NCBI GenBank assembly: GCA_003971905.1
Contig: RSEE01000008.1
Location: 496,001-560,000, forward strand
Reading direction: 5' to 3'
Length of the DNA: 64,000 bases
Origin: Moniliella sp. 'wahieum'
Taxonomy: Eukaryota
A program made the position numbers and the translations under genes. The notes under the pieces were generated by a model. It was given only the letters and a program-made list of their open reading frames with translations. It was not told where the DNA came from and searched no databases. Below are positions 23,309 through 34,948 of the stretch, one piece after another. The stretch's first letter is position 1; the number at the start of each line of letters is the position of its first letter.

Positions 23309-26300
23309 TCATAATAGTACACCCAGTTTTAGTATACACTCGACCGCCACAGTCATGGACGATGCGTTACGCGTTATGCCGCGCACGACTCTGGTCCAAC
23401 ACCTGCTGCCGAAGACGAGATACATCGCTCCTTGTCTCCCCATCCGTCTCACCGATAGCAGGCATGCTTGGCTTGTCCATAATCTCCTCCGTCTCCCCAA
23501 GTGGATGCCGACGTGCCTGGTTCAACGGCTTGACGCCCAATCCCCTTGGTGCACTGACCCCACCGATCCCCTTTACGCTGCTCGGCCAGGCCCTGGCCGC
23601 ACTCTTGGATCCTCAGACGGGCAAGGACGTTTGGACCCGGCAAAAACGCGAACCTTATTCGAAGACGCACTCTTGGAGGGGGACAAGATGCGGCTGGGGC
23701 CCGAGGCATGTTCTTCCATTTCTCATTTCCTTCAGCGGCAGGGAGAGCAGCAAGACGTTGTCGCAACCCCTCGCGCTCAGCTTGGACCTTGGCAAGTTTG
23801 TTCTGTACCTTCTTGGTTGTCTTTTTGAGTTCTAGTACCCGATCATCGTACCCTTCGATCTCATTTGCTTGCTGCTCCACCAACGACGACAGCTCTGATA
23901 CTTGCTCTTGGAGATCTTGTTTGGTCGCGCGTCTGTCCAGGATGTGTTAGTTAGGACCAAGAATGGGTTAGAGATAACATACAATGCTCCAATTCGACCT
24001 GCAACTCAGTTGGTGCTACGCTGGCACTGATGCGCTCCTCCATCTCTGCGTTAGTGGCTTCCAGGTCCTTGATGACCTCAGCCCGCTGTTGCCGCTCTTT
24101 CTGCATTTGCTGCCTGAGCGAAGCGAGCTGTTCTTCGGCTTCACTGTGGGCGCTTGGGCCTCTGCCCACTTCTTTTCCGCAAGTTGCATCTTGCCCCGCA
24201 AGATTCCGATTCCAACACCACGGCGCCCTGGGCAACGTGCGTTTCAGCCAGTTCTGCTTCCACGGAACGCACCCTTTGCCAGAAGGGCGAGCTCCGCCAC
24301 CGCCTTGGCCCTTTCCGACTCAGTGCTGGCCTTCTGCTGGTCCAAATCGACGAGGCGAGCGCTCATTTTCTACACCGCGCGGAGAGAAGACCATTCTCTT
24401 CACGGAAAGACACGAGGACTTGTTGAATCTTCGCCTGCTCCTTACGAGCCCCAACCAGCTGGACTCGTTCTTCCTCCAATTTAGACACAGCTTCCCTTGC
24501 CTCATGCAGGTGAATTTTCACTCCCGCCTTGGTCTCGAGTAGTATACCCTTTCCCTTTGAACGGTCAGAAATGCGTTTTGGAGCTGCTCTTGGGACGCTT
24601 GTTGGTCAACGGTCTCGGCCCTTACTACCCTCAACAACGCAAGCGCATGGGCCCACCGTGTCTCCACTGCAGCCACATGCGCAGAGAGGTGAGCAGCTGC
24701 GAAAGAAGAGAATCCCGCTCAGTTTGGGCAGTTCGATGTTCCTCGTCCGTAGAGCGAGAACTTGCCTGAGCACGTGTCTGCTCAAGCTGTGCATCGAGCG
24801 CAGCCTTCGTCTTGGATATCGACCGCTCGGCCCTTGCCAGTTCTGCTGTAGGAGCATTTGCTCCTCTGCCGCCCGGGTTGCAAATGTGCTTTCCTCAAGA
24901 GCCCGTTCATTAGCCAAAGCAAGGGCCGCTGAAAGGGAGGCGTGCTTGGTCCTTCTGTGAGAGAAGGGAAACAAGGTACGCATTCTCCTCCCCAGCTGAG
25001 GAGGGAGGTTGTGTGCCAGACGCTCCGCCTCGGTTTGGGACGCTTGCATCAATTGTTGTGCCTGGGTATATGAGACGCGGCTCCCTTCCAATTCCGCTAG
25101 CGCTCTCTCCGTTTGAGCACGGGCCTGCTGAAGGGCCTGTGCATCAGCTTCGTGTGCTTGAAGCCACGCGTCCCTCGCTTGAAGAATTTCCGCACCTTTT
25201 TCTTCTCAGCATGGAGCTGTTCCCCTGTCTGTGCTTCAGCCTGGGCGAGTACTTTGCTCTTCTGACGGATGCTGCAAGCTCTTTGCGAAGCGCCTTGCTC
25301 TCTTGATATGCATCTCGAGCACGTGAATAGCGTCCTTCTCCACCCCCTGGAGGGAGGCGCGAGCAGTTTCGGCAAGGTCAAGCGCCGTATTAACCTCCTT
25401 GACTTCCGCTTCCAGCTTGGCAACACGTTCAACCAGCTGTCTTTTTCAGTTGTATGCCGTGAACACTCTTGCTCTTGCAATTGTGAATGCTCCTTGGCTT
25501 TGTGGAGTTCTTCTTGAACCGAGCTAACCTGTCTCGCACCGCACTCAGGGCAGCCTCAGCCTCTGCTATTCTTGTGCAAAGATGGGAGGCCTCTTGTTCC
25601 GCCACCTCGGCAGCAAAGCGGGCTTGATTCTTCCCTCTCCTGCTTACGCAGCGTTAGCTGGGCTCGCCCCAACTGCTCAGTCCGACGGACAAGCTTGTCC
25701 TCAAGTTGAGAAATGCGGAAGTTCTCCTTCTCCTCTTCCGACGAAGGGGTCTTCTCTACCTGGGAAGGAGCAGAAATATCCCTAAATGCTGTTGGGAGCG
25801 ACTCCGACTTTCGTGACCTTTGCACAGGCGAAGTGGCAGGTAGAAGGAGCGTTTCCTTCGTTCGGGGGAAGAGAAAGCAATTGAGAATGTTGTTCGAAAG
25901 CCTTCAAAGCCAAGGCACGGAGGTTTTCTTCTTGTTCCTTCGCTTGCTCCGCTATGTGACGCAGAAGCGCAGTCTTCTCTTCCCTCCGTTGGGCCTCCTC
26001 CACCTCTCTCAACCGCTCGTGCGACACCAAAGAACATCTGCTACTGCCCTGCTCTGCTTAAGACGGTCTTTTTCGCTCTTGGTGCTTCCAAGGCACGGGT
26101 AAGGGCTGCGACTTGGTTGTGCGGTAGATGCCATAGTGCGCGCTTCGTCTCGCTAAGCTGTAGCACCGCTCGCTCAGCTTCGGCATGGTTCGCCTTGGCC
26201 TCTGTGGCAGCCAAGGATCGGGACGACCGCTCGGCTTCAGCAGCATGAGAAACAGACAGCTCGACCAGGCGGAAATGGAATGCCTGTACAGCCTCGTCGG

Positions 26301-26709
26301 CCGCACAGACGACAGCTCTGATTGGCTCGTCAAGTGCGTCCTCGCCCCGAGCGGGAGAGGAGGGGGCAGCATTGGTGTCTAGACCCATGGAGAGGCTGGC
26401 GCCAAAGTCTGGGAAGAGTGAGGTGGGGCGCAGCACCGATTCGTCGGCCGCGTACTGCCCCCAATCGCTGCCGTGCATCGAGGACAGATGCGGGGCGAGC
26501 GCGTCAAGATCTGGGTATGTCCATCTAGCTGCCCTGTCGCCGTCTCCGTGTCCTGCTCCTGTTTTTTCCTGTGTTGTGGCTGATGAAACGAGGGAGGAGA
26601 GAGGGAAGGATGTTCTGCGGCCGCCCGGCTGAGAGCTTGGGCCAGACGGCGTAGTTGGCCTCGCTCCTAGACATGTTGCTAGTCGTGCTGGTGGACACCC
26701 ACAACCCAT
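23309..26709 (-). CDS. Large coiled-coil protein, function unknown; heavily frameshifted
   Basis: A collinear series of minus-strand ORF fragments rich in E/Q/R/K/A/L heptads (e.g. VEQQANEIEGYDDRVLELKKTTKKVQNKLAKVQAEREGLRQRL; EQLASLRQQMQKERQQRAEVIKDLEATNAEMEERI). Start uncertain. Confidence 0.7.
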
Positions 26710-26994
26710 GGGAGCCACATTAAAAGTGCCGTTTTTAGTCAAGGTGTTTGTTGGAACACGGATGCATCACGTGGCCCAAATTGCCTGTTCAATTTGAACG
26801 TTCAACATGCAATCTATGAGGATCTGGCCGATGCAGTTGAATACGGATCTGACGACTGGGGTTCCATCAGTTCTCTCTATTTGCCGCCTTCTTGTTGGGT
26901 TGAGGCGGTACCACGGATGCCAGCTCTATGCACAAGCAAAGTAAAGGGGAATGGGAAATTGATGGATCAGACTGTGGATTACGTCGCACAACGC

Positions 26995-29227
26995 TCAATT
27001 CTTCGTCTTTGCCGCGCGCACCTGCCTTCGGGTCTTGATGAGGCGAACGAGCGAGAGAGCAAGGGCACAGCCGCAGGGGCAAAGAGAGGGGTTGTAGATG
27101 GGCGTACTTGTGTTCGTCGGGGAAGTAGTAGAGCTGGGCAATCATAGAAGGGTGCAAGAAGTGCGGGTGTGAAAGGTAGGAGGCGTCCCATGCGTGGCGC
27201 AGCAGAGTTGTCGCAGTGTTGGTCGATAAGAGCGAGGGAGCAGCCATATGCAGTGCAGCAAGCGCCGCTTCAAAGTCAGCATGCACATGGCGGTCCACTC
27301 CCAGCGCCTCCATCTGTTGAATCAGACGGGTGGTGGAGCGCAGCGTATCCCGTGCAGCCCGTACATTTTCGTGGATCCGAGCAAGAGCGAGAAGATCGGG
27401 GGCAAAGCGTGGGCTGCTGCCGCCCTGACCAGGGGGATGCCCAACAGCTTACGAAGCTGCTTGTCCCATAGCAGCAGCGCATCGTCTAGCCGTTCGGGGC
27501 TCAAAGGTACAGCGTACCCAGTTTCTGGTTTTTGCTCCAGCACCACCCCGCCCCACTGGGGAATGACCCAGCTGTGCGATGGGCTCACGTCCCCATCCCC
27601 ACCGCGGACAAACAGGGGGCGGTGCCTTGGCGCAGGGACATAGTAAAGCATATGCAGCGTCTGTGGTTCTTCTTGTCTCTGTCCCGACCCTGGCGGTTCA
27701 GTCGTCTCCCGCCCATGGAGTGAAGGGTAACGGGAAGACTTCCTCCTAAGCTCCAGGCTCCGGCATTGACAAACGTTTGCAAATCAGCCGGCTCCACCAC
27801 TGAACGGTGGCGGTGTGATTGACGTCTTGCTCCTCCATAAACCACTGCAGCGCAAACGACCCATCGTCGGCGCCGGAGTCAGACCCAGACTCCTTTTGCT
27901 CAGAGCCCACCTCTTCTGTACTTGATGCGTCTGCAAGAGGTGGTGGCTCCTCGGGGGAGGAGGGGAGGTGAGCTTGGGACGAAGTGCCTCGGAGCTCTCG
28001 ACCTCCTTCACTGTCTCTGGAGAAACGTCATTGGGAGGAGGCAGGGATTCCGGAGATGCGGAAGCAATGGGAACCGCACGCTGAACTCGGACATATTCCT
28101 TGGCAGTCCAAGAAACCGTGTCGAGGGTAGGCTCAAAGGCAAGTGGAGCATGGAAGAGCATCTGTGTCGTCACCTGAAAATGGTGCAGCCCCAGCCGGGA
28201 AAGCGAGGCGAGGGTAGCTGCCAACCTGTCAGCCCCGTTGGTTTGCTGTAGTGTATGCTCTCCTTCGAGCACAGCAGGTGTGCGAGGATCAGCCTGTTCC
28301 CGGGCCAGCGACTGCTCCAGTGCGCTGGCCAAAGACCAAGAGGTGTATTGGTGCGAGTCGATCTCATCTCTTGCCGTGGGGGAGTTCCAAGGGGAATCAG
28401 TTGTATTGTCAGGGGTTGCAGCGACATCGAGATCGAGATCGGAATCAGTTGGAAGGAAGGTAGTGTCCTCCTGCACGAGGCTGAACACAATCTCGACTGA
28501 GCGCATGTACTGGATCGCCTTGCTCGAGGCTTCTCCCGCCGGATCCGACTGACACACTCCCCCAGTGTGAGAAAGGCATGAGATGGGGAACAATTCCAGG
28601 AAGCCGGCAGCAATGTTGGACCCGGCGTTGGGTGCAGCCACATCCACACTCAGGGGGGAGAACAGCCGACAACTCGGCCGCCGCCGGCTGGGAGGTGCTT
28701 TGTGAATCAACCACGCCGATGCGGTAGTCTAGCACATACCCATTGTGAGGTCCTTCCCAATCCGTTTCGTTCGAGCCGGAGAGGGAGTGAGTCAAGGCTT
28801 GAAGAGGAGTGGGGTACTCGTCTGTCTGAGGCGGGGACCACATCAAAGCGAATGCAGGCTGCAGCGCCACCATCGCCGCCGGACAATCGGTCGGACTGGT
28901 AGCCTGGCTAGCAGCGTGGCGGAGGACATCCTGGGTGTCTTGGGCAACAGCGACCCAATCCAATGTGTGTCCTCCATGGGGAACGAGGCGAATGCGGATC
29001 GGAAAGAGGGCAAGACAGTCTGGGGTGTCGGCGGGATCGGCATCGATGATGGTGTCGGCGGGCAATGCGCGGCGCTCGATGGCAGTGGTGTGCCACCAGG
29101 CGGGCAAGCAGGCGGCGGCAAGCAGCAGCACACTGCACAGGATAGCGCTGCGTACGCCCAGGCCCTGGAACGCATCAAGGCGCTTGCTAGGGCGCCGAAG
29201 CGCGGCAGCCAGCGACGCAGCCGTCAT
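26995..29227 (-). CDS. GPI17: GPI transamidase subunit PIG-S (GPI17); frameshifted
   Basis: N-terminal TM followed by LPAWWHTTAIERRALP, IVFSLVQED, QVTTQMLFHAPL, WVIPQWGGVV, QLRKLLGIP, and the C-terminal HPSMIAQLYYFPDEHKYA..PLFAPAAVPLL signature of PIG-S. Confidence 0.93.
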
Positions 29228-29675
29228 CGCAGCGCAGCCGGTTCGAGATGGGGGGAGAGGTGGGGGAAGGGAAATGGGAGGCGGGCGCGCCAGCTTCCGG
29301 CGGCAAGTCCAGGCTCAGTCTCGGGCTCAAGGCTCAACTTGAGCTGGTCGCCCTGATCACGGGCGTGGTTAGCTGGAGCTCAGCCTCGACTTGAAGTTGA
29401 AGGTTGAAGCTTCAAGGCCCAAGCTAGCCAAACGCTCGCGCTGCTCCCGCCTTCCTGGACGCCGGGCGGGGTGTGTTCCACCCGTCAATGTTGCAACTGT
29501 TCAATTGAAACGCACTCTTCGTGCGATGATCCGACGACGAGCGACTACCGACGACAGTCCTGAACGTTCAATTGAATGCATGTGGACCTCCCGCTAGCAG
29601 CAGCGCAACAGCAACACCACAGCAGCAGCCGTGTGGACACCACCTCCGTCGCCACAGCCACCACCGCCTGTCGCG

Positions 29676-32600
29676 ATGGACTGGGCCGCTGGCGCGTGGG
29701 TCCGCTTGACGCGCACCAGGCTCAATGTACTTCTGGCCACCGCCGCGCTCTCTATCGCGCTGTGGTGGGTGTGGGTGTGGCGGAGCTACCCAACCGGCTG
29801 GGGGCGACGCAGGCGTGCGAGATGAGCCGCATGTGGCCGGCCTACGCGGACTATACGCCGCGGATGGTCTCGCCCTCGGGCCTGGCGGCATCTGTACCAG
29901 GACGGTCCGGGAAATACCGCCTGCTGCTCTACCGTGAAGGCTACCTTCAGCCCCATCCAGATGCCTTCCCGCCCTCGGGCCAGCCTGCTCTCTTCGTCCC
30001 GGGCAACGCTGGCAGCTACGGCCAAGTACGCAGTGTGGCTTCCAGCGCAGCGTACCAGTACTGGTCCCATGACTACGTCGCAGATCCTTCTGCCTTTGAT
30101 GGCAGCCCTCGGCCCGAGTGGAGCAACCTGACTGCCCGCGGCATCGATTGGTGGACCATCGACTTTAACGAGGACTTTTCTGCCCTCCATGGTGACACCC
30201 TTGTTGAACAGGCCGTCTTTGTTAATGAGGCGATCACCTACCTCCAATCCCTTTACCCAGGCGACCACGTCCGTGTGCCTCTTCTGGCCCACTCCATGGG
30301 TGGAATCGTATCCCGCCTGGCCATGGCTCTCCCCGAGCACCCCCCACGCAGCGTCGACACGCTCGTGACCCTTTCCACCCCTCATGCCTATCCTGTTTTG
30401 GCTTTTGATGGAGGGATTGCAAGTGTCTACCGCCTCATCAATGCTGCGCCCGCCTTGCCCGACCCACCCTGCTGGTCAGCATTGCGGGTGGTGCGTTGGA
30501 TGTTCAAGTTTCCCCTGACGCTGCCAATATCGCCGTCCCCCGTCTGGAAGGGGGAAAACATTACCATCTCTAGCAATGCTGTGCCAGGAACGTGGTGCAG
30601 CGTCGACCACTTGGCCATCATGTGGTGCCACCAACTGCGTACCCGCGTCGCTACCGGTTTTCTGCAGTCGGCATTGCCCGGATACAGTAGCCAGCGGAAG
30701 GCCATGTGGCTCAAGGCCCTGGGAGTGGTCAATTATCAAGTCCCCTTCCTCCCGGCTGGCGAAGATGTCGAGATTGAAGCAGTGATAAACGAAATCTCGC
30801 TCGATTATGAGAATCCTGGTTCATCGCTGAGTCTGGTAACCAACAGAGCGCCCGCTACGGTCTTCCAGGTTAGGCTGTGCCACCAGCCTGTGGGTGGGCC
30901 GTGCTATCTTCTTCCACCTGAGCGCTGGAGACTTATGCCGCCATCTTCCGAGTACGCTTTGGATTTCCCTGATCCCAGCGTGACATATGGTACTCAAGGT
31001 CAGGGGCTGTGGCACGCGTTACTCTCGGTCGGTGCGTTGCGCGCATTGGGGATCCAGCAAATCTATGTTGAGCGGTTGGACCCGGACATTGCTGCATTCA
31101 TGGAGCCCACGTTTGCTCCGCCTCCTACTTTGGCCTCCGAGATCGCCGTGTCCACCATGGGGTCTTACACTCGAGTTCTTCTGCCCGAGGTGGACTCAAG
31201 CTTAAAAGTGTTCGAGCTTGAGGTCGATATTCCTCCTCGCCATTGCTTGCCCCCCACACGTTCAAGATTGGTTTCCATCCTTTGATTCGAGTCAGCAGCC
31301 AAAGCAGTTTGGATGAGGTATGGTCCCCTTCTCTCGATATGGGTGGCACCAATCGGCTTACGGTTGCGCTCACTGGCAGCGCACCGCTCTCACCCCCGCT
31401 CGACCCTTCGCAACGAGGAGCACTTGTCGAGTTGTGGATGGACAAAAAGCCCATGTCAGGTCTGGCAGCCGAATGCGACCGAGCACCTGTGCGCATTCGA
31501 GCCAAACGCCAATGGATCGCTTCGGCAGGGCGGGTGTTTATGCACGTACGCACCGCGTGGTTATTGTTCCGATCATCCAGCTTGCCTTCGTCTTGATTTT
31601 GGCCAAAATATCCCCATCTGGTATGTCAACCTGCCTTCTTGACCTGTTCCTTTTCTCTGACTCTTCCTTCTCCAGCCGGCACCACCACCCTCATTTTTCA
31701 ATCGCTTTTAGCATCAGGGGTTGCCTCGGCAGCTGTCCTTATCGCGTGCGACTTACTCGCCTCTGTCCTCCCTGCTTGGTCGGTCTACCCTTTCTTTAGC
31801 ACAGGCACCTTGGGGCTAAGCCTGACGTTTTCAGGGTTAAGTCTACCGGAACGAGTCGGGACTATACTCCTGGTCGTGCTGACGGGCCTGGCACTGACCC
31901 TCGCTGGTACGGGGATTTTAGGCATTCTTGTCACACTGTTCCGGCTAGGTGCTAAATGTCTACCCGCCCATACTCTCACCAGCGGGCCAAGTGCTGGCTC
32001 CCCAGCTCAAGCTCTTGGGGGTGGACGGTTTTGGCGTACGCTGCCCAGCGTAGTGATTGCACTTGCTGTGGGCTTGTTCGTTCCCCATCAGGTGGTGATT
32101 GTCGTCCTGCTGCTGATCCAGCTTGCCCTTGTCTCCGTCTTGCCCAATCGTGGGCCGAACAGCCGAGCTGACGCTTTGTTGCTCTATGTCCTCTTTTGGC
32201 TCATTCCTCTACGGGGCCCCGGGCTGTTTGTCTGGGTGCGCAACATGATCTTTGGTTGGTCGTCACCGGCCGGCATCAAACTTACCTCAATCCCTGGGCT
32301 GAGCGAGGCAAGCGGGGACCACAACCCGTTCTTTGTCCTCCCCTTTTTCGCCCTGGTTCAACGGAGTGTGTCCCAGTCCTTCCGTCCCATGTCTGTAACA
32401 CCACCAAATGGGCCTGGTCGGTTCCCTTACCTTGAACTCGCTGCCCTTCTTGTCGCGATCATTGTGGTTGCTGCCTTGGCGCCGTACAAGACCTACTTGT
32501 GCTTTGACGTGGTGTGCTTCCTCGCTGCGGCTTACTGGGCCACGACAGCGCACTGGCGACCGGCACCCAACGCTCGTCCCGACGTGGTGGAAGGCTACAC

Positions 32601-33435
32601 TTTCTCTCCGGATCAGCGCATTGAGCTGGGACCTCTCCTTCCCAGCCAAGTATCTGCCGCTTCTTCCCTGCCTGCCGAGTTGATCCCGCCGGATCTCGAG
32701 AGTGCAGGTAAGGGTGCGAGCAACGTCGAACGCATCGTCGAGACGGACAAAAAGGAGAAGCCTGACGGGCCCGAACATCTCATGGAAGGAGCCAGGGAGG
32801 AAGCGTCGGTGCCGCCCACACCTCATTCTCCCCCTCCCAGTCCACCCGTCCAGCTGGATCGTGCGATCAAGGCGTACCTGGACGAGGTAGATGTATACGA
32901 AGCGGCACGGGAACGAGCCCAGGCCGCTCTCGCAGGGGGCTTCATGTCACTTGCCAAGGCTCGGATGGAGGTACCAGCAGCCGGGCTGGGCGCACGAATC
33001 GGCAAGGATGGGTTGGATGCGCGCGTCCGGACGGCCAGCTTGCTCGTGCGAGTAGAGCAAGAACCTGATGGCCCCATTCGCTGGCGACTGGTCAAGCCCC
33101 CACCCCCTCCTCCACCCGAACCTTCACCCGAACCCGAATCCGAATCCAAAGGAGAGGGGAACAAGGCAGAGAACGCGCCTCCAAAAAAGACGCTTCGCCC
33201 GGTTGACCCTCTTTACCAGTTTGCTGCCCTACCTCCTCCGGCGCTGAGAAGGGCCCAAACGCAGTTCCGCGAGGCCTTGCTCGCCCTGGTAGGGCCTTTG
33301 GAATCTACGGCCTCTCCAGGATCTGACAAGGCCCACACCCATGGGGAAAACGCGCCCAAGCCTAGTATGGCTGAAAGCATTGCTGCGCTCAGTGGGCTGG
33401 CTGACCGCGTCCAAACCGCTCAAACGGAGCTATAA
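29676..33435 (+). CDS. BST1: GPI inositol deacylase BST1/PGAP1 with an in-frame C-terminal Vma22/CCDC115-like domain; frameshifted in the 5' half
   Basis: CEMSRMWP, KYRLLLYREG, PALFVPGNAGSYGQVRS, DFNEDFSALHG, lipase motif AHSMGG, TLSTPH and DHLAIMWC; a multi-TM region with DHNPF. The same ORF (31639-33435) then continues into a Vma22-like segment. Confidence 0.93.
32848..33435 (+). other. VMA22: Vma22/CCDC115-like V-ATPase assembly factor domain
   Basis: LDRAIKAYLDEVDVYEAARERAQAALAGGFMSLAKAR and DPLYQFAALPPPALRRAQTQFREAL match the two conserved blocks of the family (G-F/W-x-SLAKAR; DPL-x-x-F...P-x-x-LR-x-AQ-x-x-F). Confidence 0.8.
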
Positions 33436-33599
33436 CCCCCGCCCATCTGCAAAAAAGACTGTGCCTGGATCCCTCGTGACATGGATGCAATTATCGTCAG
33501 GTCTGTACGATCCATGTGCGATTGGCATGGCCAGGGGGCGTGTTGTCCAAAGAACATGTACGTTGGAGCCGGTATCGAAACAAGGTAGATGATTATAGA

Positions 33600-34948
33600 T
33601 CAATCCTTGAAAATTACTTCGGCGGACGAGGAGAAAATAGAAGCGTTCGCGTCACTCGTCCTTTCACTCGTCCTTACTCTTCGCCTCATCGTTGGTCGCC
33701 GTCTGCGACGCCACTTCGCGCAACCAAAGGTAGTTGCTGAAGAGCCAGCCAGGACCAAAGAAGACGAAATGGGGAGCGGAGAGAATCCACTGAGGCAAGA
33801 CCGGGTCAGCATTCGGTCCCTGTAGCAGGAAGAAGGAATACGGCGACTTACGTCTTCAAGCACGCGACGTCGCGGGTGGATTTGAACAATTTTGGTTTGT
33901 TCGACTTGCAGATCGTCGGCATACGCGTCAATCAACACCACCCAGTACTCGGCCGACGCGATCGCCAGCGTATCAAACAAAAGCAGCCATTCTCCATCAC
34001 TGCTCATACCACCCTTTTTGACCAGAGCATAAACGGCGCCCAGATAGTCCCGCGGGGACGAAACCAGCGTGGCACAGTCAAACAGAGCGTCACGGCCATC
34101 AAACAAGGTGAAGAGAAGTGTCTTTCCTTCGCGCCACATTAGCCACATGGAAAACATGCAGCCCAAGTAGGACATAATGCTGTTGTTCCAATACAGGTCG
34201 ATGATCGCCGAATGGTTCTTCTTGTTGCCAGGCGTGGCTTTAAAGAGCTTGGCGACCACAGGCGCCAAAACCAGAGGGAGGAAAAACAGAGGCGAAAACT
34301 GAAAAGCGACATTGGTCCACACCCACTGAGGGTGGTCCACCCCCAGGAACGTAGTCAACATACCTACTCCCCCAAAGGCGGCAGAGGCAATTTGCAAAAA
34401 CACAATGGCCAACGCCGGCGCGGGCGCGTACGAGGCACAAAGGCAGGGGAGCGGGCCTGGCGAAGGCGGTACCAAGCGTACCACGGGATGTAGAGGATGT
34501 TGAGTGCAGCACCCATCATGATAACCTGCCCCATCGACAGAATCAAGACGAACCACGAGACCAACAGGACCGTACAGCTCGGCTCCCGCAGCGCTTCCAC
34601 AAACATGCTGGACACCATGGGCGTGGCTGCCATGCCGAGGTACACCACTCCCCGCGACCAAAGCGGGTGGCAAGCATGTGCTTGAAGAATAAGACGAGCA
34701 CCCAGAAGAAATTTACGGCTGTGTCCCATGCGGTAGCAAGAGGGGCGGCAGGCGAGCCAGGGTCAAAGAAGGAGGCAAATGTGCCCTTGGAAGGAGACAG
34801 GCCCAGCTGCCGCTTGACATGGACGGGGCCTTTGCGGAGGCTGTGTTGCATCTCGCCAAAGGGGCCGTGATTTGCCGCCACAAAGACGGCGACGCCCACC
34901 GCGATGCCAAGCAAGGCGGGTAACAACGCCTCTGACTTGGCCGGGCAT
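33600..34948 (-). CDS. Multi-pass membrane protein of unknown function; frameshifted
   Basis: Joined fragments (34543-34926, 34364-34729, 33600-34673) give many hydrophobic helices and a basic C-terminus; ATG at 34948. Confidence 0.7.

Noticed and set aside
12430..26709. Calling the kinesin, mucin-like and coiled-coil genes pseudogenes
   Set aside because: The same indel pattern affects nearly all genes, including conserved housekeeping ones, which fits sequencing error.
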